A DNA stretch of 64,000 nucleotides. Source: Azolla caroliniana. Lineage: Eukaryota; Plantae; Polypodiophyta. Positions 39,901-50,437 of the stretch are shown here, one piece after another (positions within the stretch are counted from its first letter, which is position 1; every line of letters starts with the position of its first letter). The position numbers and the translations under genes were made by a program. The stretch lies in the NCBI GenBank assembly GCA_043228905.1, contig JBHGNT010000013.1, positions 20,274,001 through 20,338,000 on the forward strand, given 5' to 3'. The notes beneath the pieces are model-generated. The model did no database searches. It was not told where the DNA came from and was given only the letters and a program-made list of their open reading frames with translations.

Positions 39901-40467
39901 GAACCCGCTCCCACCGATTTTGAGCTCTCGGAGCGTCTCGTCGGTGAAGGTGTGCCCTATGCAGGCCGGATCTCGTAGACTAGGGTCCGATGCAACCCCT
40001 TTGATTCTCGACGCGCTGTCCTCCGGTAAGGGTGCCGCGACTGGCCTTACCTTCCGGTCCACAGTCTTGTACTTGGTGCTTACGTGGGCCGTCCGAACTG
40101 ACTCGAGCCCTCGACCGAAGTCCGCGATGACTTCGTACATCTCCTCGGAACACACCGGTATCGTCCGGTCTTCGTTAAGGCCTTCTTCGACTACCTTTCC
40201 CAGCATTCCCAAGGTGTCGTCGAATGAGACCGCCTCCACGGCTCCATTGATTTCCTCGTCCGGGCCGAGAACTCCGCACGCTCGAAGTCTCCCCTCCGCC
40301 TTTGTCTTCTCTCGGCCGCCGATGCCGACTATCGTACACGCTCCGCTGTCGGAGAACAAAAATTCCCTACCTATGGTACAAGGTTTCTTCGGTTTTATCG
40401 TACAGGTGTGGGGGTTTCCCGGGGTGTCCGGACTGTCGCGGCCCCACGCCTTGGCAGCCCTCTCTAA
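36976..40467 (-). CDS. pol: Element E Pol (RT-RNase H-integrase), predicted to be reached by -1 frameshift
   Basis: The frame is open from the slippery site to 36976. Motifs DLYSGYDQF, PFLDD, VDTSPTGIG, ADMLSR, H..H..CESC, VDL/ADRGE/VERGH and WFGPY. No chromodomain. Confidence 0.92.
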   Translation of the reverse strand, partial: LERAAKAWGRDSPDTPGNPHTCTIKPKKPCTIGREFLFSDSGACTIVGIGGREKTKAEGRLRACGVLGPDEEINGAVEAVSFDDTLGMLGKVVEEGLNEDRTIPVCSEEMYEVIADFGRGLESVRTAHVSTKYKTVDRKVRPVAAPLPEDSASRIKGVASDPSLRDPACIGHTFTDETLRELKIGGSGFLLPAEEDRFRRMLGRRGKAFAFSPEEIGCVDPTIVEPMVIFTVPHVPWNLKPIPVPRAHIPKLMELLRQKVDMGILEPSSAPYSNRWFTVPKKNGSLRFIQDLQPVNRVTIRNAGIGPTIDEFAEAFAGRSIYSVGDLYSGYDQFQLAVESRDITTMRTPLGLVRMCTLPQGGTNSVAHMVNAMNKVLRDCIPDITMPFLDDIPIKGCPVEEKDETIGPDGCRRFVATHIDDCEKVLQRLEDARLTFSGEKSAFGQSEIMVVGHLCGPYGRKPSPAKVEAISAMKPDCSSVTEVRRFLGACAFYHIWIPHYAHVAEPLYGLLKKGRRFEWLDEHAASVRKLKEALAAAPALRKAVYGKGTPVFITVDTSPTGIGWVVNQEDEDGNRFPIRFGAKVLSERQRGYAQVKRELWGIVSAVKADKDYLIGTEVIIETDCLPILGMVSGCATPDLAMLRWIAYIKSLDPEIRHISGKDNAMADMLSRARFDDEGGMVSEDEEVGVDFFEAAYITTDGMSTPALNEFDASKYDGEWLQIGGFLKTMTPDASWTKDEANRIRKKAYRFLLRDGHLWKHPKKRNGVPLRVVAMKEEQEELLAAYHDSPWAGHRGTWATFEKLKGKYWWPGLYRDVHRFVSTCESCQMHSIVRHRDELHPTYPPTIHFKWMVDLVTMPMGVGQMRYLVLAREDLTNQVEGRALQNKTTAAVCRFLIEDVICRYGCVGKIVADRGELDAEEAAELFDRLGVKLSLTTAYNPEANGKVERGHGPIVKALVRACGGQVGNWPRLLPYALWADRTTHSSVTGYMPTELMFGQKPIMPIERTISSWATVDWRDEMSREELLAARIRQLERRPEDVALATEKLRVARTKNKARFDQTHRVRPKKIDEGDWVLVYDSSLDNQHRATRKFARRWFGPYTVQSANDNGTYHLAELDGTRIAIPVAGKRIKAFKKRHDDEPDPILLDSSDDRSGAEEGPAGEE

Positions 40468-42590
40468 AAATCCTCTCGGTTATCGGAACCGAGGGAGTCG
40501 CGGTTACGCTCGTGGTTCGGCCTAACCGTCAAAAACTGGACCGAATGGCGCCCGTCCTGGCTCTTGACCCGCGCATAGGCCGAACCGTTGTCCAGCACCT
40601 TGGTCTCCATTCGAGCCGCCGTGATGTACGGTTCTCCCAGTATGACGGAGTGCGATGACGACTCCTGCACGAAGAAGTGCTGGTCTATCTCGACATCGCC
40701 GATCTTGACCCGTACATTCGGGCAGGCCCCGTGAAGTTCCTCGGTGGCGCGCGTCGCCGCCCTTATCTTCCACCCGTGCTTGGTGTTGATCGGCCATTTG
40801 CCCTTCTTATAGAAGTCCATGGACATCAAATTGATCTCCGATCCGTGGTCCACCAAAGCTATCACCGGTTCCTGGACATCGCCGATCTTCACCGGGGTTT
40901 CCGTGGTCGCTCGGGCCCAGTGCGGTCTCGAATAGTGGCTTTCCGCCCACTCGTCTCCCAGCGCCATGTCGTCTAGGTGCGTCGTCCGCACTTCCACCGG
41001 TCTTTCCGGTTCTGTCTCCGTTGACAGCCTCTTCCGTTTCACCAAGTCCACGATGGAGTCGTGGAACTCCTTCTTGGCGATTCCCAGCACCTCCCGTAGC
41101 GACAGCTCCACCTTGCTGTCGAGGATCCGTTCCTCCAGGACCTTTCGTAAGTCCGTGGTTCTTTCTATCTCCGTCCCCAGACGGTACCCGCCCTTCTGGG
41201 GTTTATCTTGCGTACCGGCCCCGCCGGCTTCGTCCCGTCGTGGCCCGGACCGGGTCTCGTATCGTTGTGAGGGCCCGGTCGTCCCGGGTTTCCCCACCCG
41301 CTTCTCTTCTACCAGAGCCTCGTAGTTCCGGCAAGCGGCTTCCACGAAGCCCGTCTTTTCCTCGACCGGGTCGCTCCACCCGGTCATCTCCCGTACCCGT
41401 TTCTCCGCACGGTCCGATTCCTCCCTTTTAAGCCCTGCACCGGCAAGGCCTTCCAGCATCGTCGGCCAGAATCCGGCTTTGCTTTCCTTCCGGGCCTCGC
41501 CGCCCCCGACTCGAATACCGGCCGACGCCGAGTAGTGGACGGTTTCCGCATGTCGGGCCGCCGCCTCTTCCATCAACCTCTTCATTCCGCCTCGCCCGTC
41601 GTTTCGGTTTAGGGCCCTTCTCGTGTCGTTGGCGTGAACCCGGCCTTCCCATAGGTACACCACCCGGTTCCTCAGCGCCTCTGCGAAATCGCCGCAGTCT
41701 TTTCGGATGTGGCCGACCCCGTCGCACCACATGCACCTGTTCCCTGCCGCCGGCCGTCGGTCACGAGCAGGTCCTCCGCCTTCTCTGCGGGCTTGTGCGA
41801 TTTGGAGGTCTTTTATCGCCCTCGTCAGTTCCTCCAACGCAGCCCCCCCAGTCGAGCCTCCGATCATGCCGGTCGGAGCCGAACCGGATTCCAGCCACTC
41901 CCGAGTCTCTTCCCTTCGCACCGGCTGCGCCGGCTCGAGTTTCCTCGCCGCGACTGAGCCCGACCCGGTTGCTCTGTCATCCTCCCATTCTCGCCGTTTG
42001 TCGAAACGGCCGCAGGCTCTCTTGACCGCCGCCCAGTCGGCTGTCAGCCCATCTTCGGTTTCTAGCAGGGCGCCCACGTGACTCCGATCCCTCTCGTCAA
42101 CCGATTTGACGAACAGCAGGACCCGGCTTGTATCCAGGACCATCCTGTCAAGCGCCGAAAGGCGCGCGAAATTCTCCTCGAACTCCCGGAGGAGTGCCGA
42201 CGCATTCCTTCCTTTCCCGGGAGACTCCACCCACTCCATGAAGCTTCGCTTCGAAAGCCGGAGCGCGTCGTCCAGTCCGTATTTTTCCAGGAGCCGACCT
42301 TCGAACTCCTCCCAGGTACGGCTCTCCGCCCGCACCTCGAGCACCTCCGAGTGGATGCTCGGCATCGCCACTCGGGGAAAACCGGCAAGACGCCTGTCTT
42401 CCGGAATGTCCCGCATTAACATTTCTGCACCGTAGGACGCCAGGTACTTCGTGGCATCTTTTCCGGTGAATCGACCGATCGTTCCGACGACCGCCTCAAT
42501 AGCTCTATCGAGGGCGCCGGTGCCCTCGCGCGCGCTTACTATCCGATCCACGGCCGAAGCCATGGCCTCTGCAAGATCCGCCCCCTTCAT
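40464..42590 (-). CDS. gag: Element E Gag-protease polyprotein
   Basis: ATG ~23 nt after the PBS. Zinc knuckle CMWCDGVGHIRKDC; aspartic protease LVDHGSEINLM...VILGEPY. Confidence 0.9.
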   Translation of the reverse strand: MKGADLAEAMASAVDRIVSAREGTGALDRAIEAVVGTIGRFTGKDATKYLASYGAEMLMRDIPEDRRLAGFPRVAMPSIHSEVLEVRAESRTWEEFEGRLLEKYGLDDALRLSKRSFMEWVESPGKGRNASALLREFEENFARLSALDRMVLDTSRVLLFVKSVDERDRSHVGALLETEDGLTADWAAVKRACGRFDKRREWEDDRATGSGSVAARKLEPAQPVRREETREWLESGSAPTGMIGGSTGGAALEELTRAIKDLQIAQARREGGGPARDRRPAAGNRCMWCDGVGHIRKDCGDFAEALRNRVVYLWEGRVHANDTRRALNRNDGRGGMKRLMEEAAARHAETVHYSASAGIRVGGGEARKESKAGFWPTMLEGLAGAGLKREESDRAEKRVREMTGWSDPVEEKTGFVEAACRNYEALVEEKRVGKPGTTGPSQRYETRSGPRRDEAGGAGTQDKPQKGGYRLGTEIERTTDLRKVLEERILDSKVELSLREVLGIAKKEFHDSIVDLVKRKRLSTETEPERPVEVRTTHLDDMALGDEWAESHYSRPHWARATTETPVKIGDVQEPVIALVDHGSEINLMSMDFYKKGKWPINTKHGWKIRAATRATEELHGACPNVRVKIGDVEIDQHFFVQESSSHSVILGEPYITAARMETKVLDNGSAYARVKSQDGRHSVQFLTVRPNHERNRDSLGSDNREDF

Positions 42591-42612
42591 TTCCCACTCT
42601 TCTGCCGCCTCT

Positions 42613-42630
42613 TTCACGTCGGGTTCACCA
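42613..42630 (-). other. PBS complementary to the 3' end of plant tRNA-Trp (also 44009-44026 in F and ~51122-51139 in G)
   Basis: TGGTGAACCCGACGTGAA is the reverse complement of the plant tRNA-Trp 3' end (...TTCACGTCGGGTTCACCA, recalled from memory). Confidence 0.88.
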
Positions 42631-43355
42631 AGATGTCGGGGTTACTACGCCCTTGCGTGGAGAAAGGAGGAGGGACCACGGGGGTCTCGAACCGAAGAGA
42701 GAGAGAGAGAGAAGAAAGAGAGAGAGACCCGATTACACAGAACCGAAGATCCGATTGCGCAGAACCGACGATTGCACAGGGACACGGCCCAACAAACAGA
42801 GATCACAAATGAACGCCGACACAGATGGACGCAACAACGAGAGATAAGTACTTATGAATGCAAGAAAACAACAGACTAAAGTATTACAACCCACGGTGGG
42901 GCACAAAATAGATGCTAACGAAAACGAACAGGGCGGCGAACAGCTGCCGACCCCTGTATGTCGCGACGCACAGAAGGGGAAAACAGGTCGGAGGTGCTGC
43001 AGGACGCACTCGGGGCGTTCCACGGAACAGCGCAAGCCTCCTCGAAACCTGCACAGGTACGCGATGGAGCAGAAGACAGAGAGAGCAGGAGTGAGAGAGA
43101 AGCTCCGAAATCGGTTCGGCAGCACTTCGTCCTCTCCGCGGGAGATGTTTTTCTCCTATTCTCCCTCTTCCTTTTTATAGCCCGTCAAGCGGCCGTTTGG
43201 CATTAACTGCATACCAACCGAATCTGCCCACCTAGGATCCTCGTATGTACCTACTTCGTCCTTAGGTACTTCTTGGCGCGCGCGTGTGTGTAGAGCCGTT
43301 TCCCACGCCTTGTTCCTCCGATTCCTCTTGTGGGCGGTTTTCTTCACGACAACGC

Positions 43356-46300
43356 TGTCGTGAAGAAAACCGTTCCTTAGCGCAATCGGTGCATAGAGCG
43401 CGTGAACCGGCTCTTCACGCGTGCGCGCCCTTTAATGTATATAATAATGAATTAGGTACAAAGGTATATCCTAGGTAGTTAGATTCGGTAGGTAGGAAGT
43501 TAATGAGGGAAACGGCTCCCTTCTCGAAGCTATAAAAGAGAGGGAGACGCGGGGAGAGGGGGATCGCGCATTGAGGAGGACGAAGTGTTGTCGGACCGTA
43601 ACCGAACGCTTCTCCTCTGTTCATTCTCCATCGCTCTTCTCTGCAGGATTTCGGGAGGCTCGCGCTGCTTCGAGGAACGCCCGTGTGCTTTCGGCAGCAC
43701 CTCCATCCTATCCCCTTTCGTGCGCAGACGAGCAGGCATCGACATCTGTTCGCCGGCGTGTTCGGTTGTAACCGCTCGCGTGCTCTGTTGTTTTGTGTCA
43801 TTTGTTAATATACAAACATTCGTGTCTCTCTGTCTCTGTGTCCATTCGTGTTTTCTGTGTTGACGGGCCGTGTCCCTGTGTTTCTTTGCTCATACGTAAC
43901 CGGTCGTCCCTCTCTTTCTCTTTCCCCTCCTATCACTTGCTCTTTGGTTCAAGACCCCGGTGGTCCCGCCTCGTTTCTCCACGCACGCGCGCAGCAACGC
44001 GACATATTTGGTGAACCCGACGTGAACAAGGCGGCAGAGGAGCAGAAGATGAGGGGGTCGGATCTTGCAAAGGCCATGGCTTCGGCCGTGGACCGGATAG
44101 TCAGCGCGCGCGAGGGCACCGTTGCCCTTGACAGGGCTATTGAGGCGATCGTCGGTATGATCGGCCGGTTCAGTGGAAAGGATGCCACGAGTTATCTGGC
44201 GTCCTACCGGGCGGAGATGTTGATGAGGGATATCCCGGAAGAGAGGCGTCTTGCCGGATTCCCTCGAGTGGCGATGCCGGGCATCCATGCGGAGGTGCTC
44301 GAGGTCCGGGTGGAGAGCCGGACCTGGGAGGAGTTCGAAGGATGGCTCCTAGAGAAATACGGGCTGGATGACGCGCTTCGACTTTCGAAGCGGGGCTTCA
44401 TGGAGTGGGTGGAGTCCCCCAACAAAGGAAGAAATGCGTCGGTACTCCTCCGGGAGTTTGAGGAACGCTTTGCGCGCCTTTCGGCGCTCGATCGGACCGT
44501 TCTGGACACAAGTTGTGTCCTACTGTTTGTCAAATCGGTTGACGCACGGGATCGGGAGCAAGTGGGCTCCTTACTGGAAACCGAAGACGGGCTGACGACC
44601 GACTGGGCCACGGTAAAAAGAGTCTGTGGCCGTTTTGACAAACGATGGGAGTGGGCTGATACAGGGGCGACTGGGGCGGGTCCTGTTGCAGCAAAGAAGC
44701 TCGAACCGATACCGCAGGCGCGAAGGGAAGAGACCCGGGAGTGGCTCGAAACCGGTTCGGCTTCGACCGGCGTGGTCAGAGGCTCGTCCGGGGGAATAGC
44801 TTTGGAGGAGTTGACACGGGCGGTAAAGGATCTCCAGATCGCCCAGGCTCGGAGGGAAGGTGGCGAACAGGCTCGTGACCGACGGCCTCCGGCAGGAAAT
44901 AGGTGCATGTGGTGCGACGAGGTCGGCCACATCCGGAAAGACTGCGGGAACTTTGCGGAGGCTTTAAGAAGCCGGGTAGTGTACCTGTGGGAAGGTCGGG
45001 TGCACGCCGGCGATACCCGGAGGGCCCTGAACCGAAACGACGGGCGAGGAGGAATGAAAAGGCTGATGGAAGAGGCGGCGGCCCGGCACTCGGAGACCGT
45101 CCACTACTCAACGTCAGCCGGTATTCGGGTCGGAGGCAGCGAGGTCCGGAAGGAGAGCAAAGCCGGGTTCTGGCCGACGGTGCTGGAAGGCCTCGCCGGT
45201 GCCCGACTAAAGAAAGACTAAAGGAGAAGCGGGTCTAGGAGGTAACCGGGTGGAGTGACCCGGTCGAAGAAAAGACGGGTTTCGTCGAAGCAGCTTGCCA
45301 GAACTACGAGGCTCTGGTTGAAGACAAACGGGTAGGTAAAACTAGAGGGGCCGGACCCTCACAGAGATACGAAACCCGATTCAGGCCGAAACAGAACGAG
45401 GCCGGTGAGACCAATGCCCGGGATAGCCACAAGAAGGGCGGATACCGGTTGGGCACGGAGATCGAAAGGACCACGGACCTACGAAAGGTCCTGGAAGAAC
45501 GAATCCTCGACAGCAAGGTGGAACTGTCGTTGCGGGAGGTGCTCGGAATCGCCAAGAAGGAGTTCCACGACTCCATCGTAGACTTGGTGAAGAGGAAGAG
45601 GCTGTCGACGGAGGCAGAACCGGAAAGGCCGGTGGAGGTGCAGACAATGCACATAGAGGACATGGCGCTGGAAGACGAGTGGGCGGAGAGCCACTATTCG
45701 AGGCCACACTAGGCCCGAGCGACCACGGAAACCCCAGTGAAAATCGGAGATGTTCAGGAACCGGTAGTGGCGCTGGTGGACCACAGTTCGGAAATAAACC
45801 TGATGTCCATGGACTTCTACAAGAAGGGGAAATGGCCGATCAACACCAAGCACGGGTGGAAGATACGGGCGGCGACGCGCGCCACCGAGGAACTACACGG
45901 GGCCTGCCCGAACGTGCGAGTCAAGATCGGCGACGTTGAGATAGACCAGCACTTCTTTGTGCAGGAGACGTCCTCGCACCCGGTCATACTAGGAGAACCG
46001 TACATTACGGTAGCGCGGATGGAGACCAAGGTGCTGGACAACGGGTCGGCTTACGCGAGGGTCAAGGGTCAGGACGGGCGTCATTCGGTCCAGTTCCTGA
46101 CGGTGCGACCGAACCACGAGCGAAACCGCGAGTCCCTCGGTGGCGAGAACCGAGAGGATTTTTAGAGAGGGCTGTCAAGGCGTGGGGCCGCGACAGTCCG
46201 GACACTCCGGGAAAACCCCACAAAAGTATGATAGAGGCGAAACCGAAGAAACCTTGTACCATAAGTAGGAAGTTTTGTTTCTCCGACGACGGAGGGTGTA

Positions 46301-49300
46301 CGATAGTCGGCGTCGTCGGCCGAGAAAGGACAAGGGCGGAAGAGCGACTTCGGGCGTGCGGAGTTCTCGGGCCCAGCAAGGAAATCAACGGAGCCGTGGA
46401 GGCGGTCTCCTTCGACGATACCTTGGGAATACTGCGAGAGGTGGTCGGAGAGGGCCTTAAAGAGGACCGGACGATACCGGTTTGTTCGGAAGAGATGTAC
46501 GAAGTCATCGCGGACTTCAGTCGAGGACTCGAGTCGGATCAGATGGCCCGGGTTAACACGAAGTACAAGACTGTGGACCGGAAGGTAAGGCCAGTTGCGG
46601 CACCCTTACCGGAGGGCAGCGAGTTGCGAATCAAGGGGGTCGCGTCGGACCCCAGTTTACGAGATCCAGCCTGCATAGGACACACCTTCACCGACAGAAC
46701 GCTACGGGAGCTCAAAATCGGTGGGGGCGGTTTCCTATTGCCGGCGGAAGAAGACCGGTTTCGGAGAATGCTCGGAAGGCACGGGAAAGCCTTCGCATTC
46801 TCATCGGGAGAGATCGGGTGCGTAGACGATGGTGATATTCACGGTACCGCATGTGCCGTGGAATCTCAAACCAATTCCGGTACCGAGAGCTCACATCCCA
46901 GAGCTGATGGAGTTGTTGAGGCAGAAAGTCGATATGGGCATCCTCGAACCGTCGAGTACCCCGTACTCGAACCGGTGGTGGTTTACCGTACCGAAGAAGA
47001 ACAGGACGTTGCGCTTCATTCAAGACTTGCAACCGGTAAACAGAGTGACCATTCGGAACGCAGGAATCGGACCAACGATAGACGAGTTCGCGGAGGCCTT
47101 CGCCGGAAGGTCGATCTACTCGATCGGTGATCTATACTCGGGGTACGATCAGTTCCAACTAGCCGTAGAGAGCAGAGACATTACGACGATGCGGACTCCT
47201 CTCGGCCTAGTGCGGATGTGTACCCTGCCACAAGGGGGGACGAACTCGGTGGCCCACATGGTGAATGCGATGAACAACGTGCTGAGGGATTGTATCCCGG
47301 ACATCACCATGGCATTCTTGGACGACATCCCGATCAAGGGATGTTCGGTGGAGAAAAAGGACGAAACGATCGGACCGGGCGGCTGCCGGAAATTCGTGGC
47401 GACACACATTGACGATTGCGAGAGGGTGCTGCAGAGGCTAGAGGATGCAAGGCTCACCTTCTCCGGGGAGAAATCGGCCTTCGGGCAATCAGAGATCATG
47501 GTCGTCAGACATCTATGCGGACCGTATGGCCGGAAACCGTCTCCGGCTAAGGTGGAAGCCATCTCCGCAATGAAGCCCAACTGTAACTCGGTCACGGAGG
47601 TACGGAGGTTCTTGGGAGCATGCGCGTTCTACCACATATGGATCCCGCATTACGCCCACGTTGCCGAGCCGCTATACGGGTTGCTGAAAAAGGGGTCAAG
47701 ATTCGAGTGGCGAGTCGAGCATACAGAGTTGGTCCGAAAGATGAAGGAGGCTCTTGCTGCAGCTCCGGCACTTCGGAAGGCTGTCTACGAGAAAGGCACT
47801 CCCATCTACATAACGGTAGATACAAGTCCGACTGGGATCGGATGGGTCGTCAACCAAGAAGATGAGGACGGTATTCGGTTCCCAATCCGGTTCGGCGCGA
47901 AGGTCCTCAGCGAGCGACAACGAGGATACGCCCAGGTTAAACGTGAACTCTGGGGTATCGTTTCGGCGGTAAAGGCCGATAAAGACTATCTGATCAGGAC
48001 AGAGGTGATTATCGAGATAGACTGCCTGCCGATTCTCGGCATGGTTTCCGGATGCGCAACCCCGGACTTGGCAATGCTCAGGTGGATAGCGTACATCAAG
48101 TCCCTAGATCTGGAAATACGACACATTTCCGGGAAAGACAATGCCATGGCCGACATGCTTTCGAGGGCGCGATTCGACGACGAGGGCTGCATGGTTTCGG
48201 AGGACGAGGAAGTCGGCGTGAACTTCTTCGAGGCGGCTTACGTAACAACCGAGGGGGGGAGCACTCCGGCGCTTAACAATTTTAACGAGAGCAAGTACGA
48301 TGGGGAGTGGTTGCAGATTGGAGGATTCTTAAGGACGATGACGCCGGACGTGTCATGGACAAAGGACAAGGCCAACCGGATCCGGAAGAAAGCGTACCGA
48401 TTCTTTCTCCGGGACGGATACTTATGGAAGCACCCGAAGAAGAGAAACGACATCCCGCTCCGAGTGGTGGCGATGGAGGAGGAACAGGAGGAGTTGCTGA
48501 AGGCCTACCATGACAGCCCCTGGGCTGGACACCGGGGGACGTGGGCCACGTTCGAGAAACTAAAGGGGAAGTACTGGTGGCCGGGACTGTACCGGGACGT
48601 GGATCGGTTCGTGACAACTTGTGAGAGCTGTCAGATGCACTCCATAGTTCGACATCGGGACGAGCTTCACCCTACATACCCTCCGGCCATCCATTTCAAA
48701 TGGATGGTAGATTTGGTGACGATGCCAATGGGCGTAGGGCAGATGCGATATCTGGTGCTGGCCTGGGAGGACCTGACGAACCAGGTGGAAGGCCGAGCCC
48801 TGCAGAACAAAACGACCGCGGCCGTGTGTCGGTTCCTGATCGAGGATGTGATATGCCGGTACGGGTGCGTCGGGAAGATCGTGGCTGACCGCGGGGAGTT
48901 GGACGCCGAAGAGGCCGAGGAGCTATTCGACCGGTTAGGGGTGAAGCTCTCGCTCACCACAACGTACAATCCGGAGGTGAACGGGAAGGTGGAGCGCGGA
49001 CATGGATCGATCGTCAAAGCGCTAGTCCGGGCATGCGAAGGCCAGGTCGGGAACTGGTCACGACTGTTACCTTATGCCTTGTGGGCGGACCGGACAATGC
49101 ACAGTTCGGTAACCGGGTTCATGCCGTCAGAGCTCATGTTCGAACAGAAGCCGATCATGCCGATGGAACGGACGATCTCCTCTTGGGCGACAGTAGACTG
49201 GAGAGACGAGATGAGTCGGGAGGAACTACTAGCGGCGCGTATACGGCAGCTCGAGCGGAGGCTAGAGGACGTGGAATGAGCGGTGGAGAGACTTTGGACG

Positions 49301-50370
49301 GCGAGGATGAAGAACAAAGCCCGGTTCGACCGAACGCACCGGCTCCGACCAAAGAAAATCGAGGAAGGCGACTGGGTGCTAGTCTACGACAGCAGGCTCG
49401 ACAACCAACACCGAGCAACACGGAAGTTTGCAAAGCGGTGGTTCGGGCCTTACGTGGTAACGAGCGTCAACGACAACGGGACGTACCACTTGGCGGAACT
49501 CGACGGTACGAGGATGGCAATACCGGTAGCAGGGAAGCGGATCAAATCGTTCAAGAAGCGACACGATGGCGAACCGGATCTAAGAGACCTGGACAACGAC
49601 GACGAACAATCCGAAACGGAGGACGGACCGATGGACGAAGAACCGGAACTCAGACCGGTTTTCTCCAACCAGAGCGCAATTTTGGCGCATACCGGTGGAT
49701 GCGCGGTTAGGTGGGGGCGGATGTCGTGAAGAAAACCGTTCCTTAGCGCAATCGGTGCATAGAGCGCGTGAACTGGCTCTTCACGCGTGCGCGCCCTTTA
49801 ATGTATATAATAATGAATTAGGTACAAAGGTATATCCTAGGTAGTTAGATTCGGTAGGTAGGAAGTTAATGAGGGAAACGGCTCCCTTCTTGAAGCTATA
49901 AAAGAGAGGGAGACGTGGGGAGAGGGGGATCGCGCATTGAGGAGGACGAAGTGCTGTCGGACCGTAACCGAACGCTTCTCCTCTGTTCATTCTCCATCGC
50001 TCTTCTCTACAGGATTTTGGGAGGCTCGCGCTGCTTCGAGGAACGCCCGTGTGCTTCCGGCAGCACCTCCATCCTATCCCCTTTCGTGCGCAGACGAGCA
50101 GGCATCGGCATCTGTTCGCCGGCGTGTTCGGTTGTAACCGCTCGCGTGCTCTGTTGTTTTGTGTCATTTATTAATATACAAACATTCGTGTCTCTCTGTC
50201 TCTGTGTCCATTCGTGTTTTCTGCGTTGACGGGCCGTGTCCCTGTGTTTCTTTGCTCATACGTAACCGGTCGTCCCTCTCTTTCTCTTTCCCCTCCTATC
50301 ACCTGCTCTTCGGTTCAAGACCCCGGTGGTCCCGCCTCGTTTCTCCACGCACGCGCGCAGCAACGTGACA
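43356..50370 (+). mobile_element. Ty3/Gypsy element F, an older degenerate relative of E
   Basis: 649-bp LTRs 43356-44004 and 49722-50370 (~14 transitions by eye). TSD ACGC/ACAC. PBS-Trp; PPT GGTGGGGGCGGA. Confidence 0.96.
44049..49680 (+). pseudogene. gag-pol: Element F gag-pro/pol with nonsense codons and a frameshift
   Basis: Collinear with E. Stops at 45219, 45710 and 49277; frameshifting deletion near 46826. Confidence 0.93.
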
Positions 50371-50437
50371 ACACGAAAGCAGTCAACCAGTTTCTGGGAC
50401 AAATACGATGGCACAGTTGGATGATATGCTATTTACC

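Larger units (their letters stand above)
36186..43351 (-). mobile_element. Ty3/Gypsy element E: intact, tRNA-Trp-primed, 4-bp TSD
   Basis: 718-bp LTRs 36186-36903 and 42634-43351 (1 mismatch seen). TSD ACGC at 36182-36185 and 43352-43355. PBS 42613-42630; PPT from 36904. Both ORFs are uninterrupted. Confidence 0.97.
32393..50437 (+). mobile_element. Ty3/Gypsy non-chromovirus element D (5' LTR, gag, PR, RT), interrupted by E and F and 3'-truncated
   Basis: LTR ~32393-32870 (TGTTGCC...GGTAACA) and a PBS-like TGGCATGCTTGGTG at 32875. CCHC knuckles and a PR-like INGGSGINVI are present, and the RT reads LDGFSGYNQ/FLDDF. The reading frame PTN-A-KAVNQFLG is restored across 36185/50375. Confidence 0.88.

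Noticed and set aside
43848-44048. N-terminal Gag extension initiating inside the LTR
   Set aside because: It relies on non-ATG starts, and the LTR-encoded part is not conserved among E, F and G, whereas the ATG just after the PBS is.
37057-49668. Many long antisense and alternate-frame ORFs over E and F (e.g. 39749-40525, 44204-44932, 38903-39643)
   Set aside because: These are shadows of GC-rich gag-pol codon usage, with no motifs and inconsistent starts and stops between E and F.
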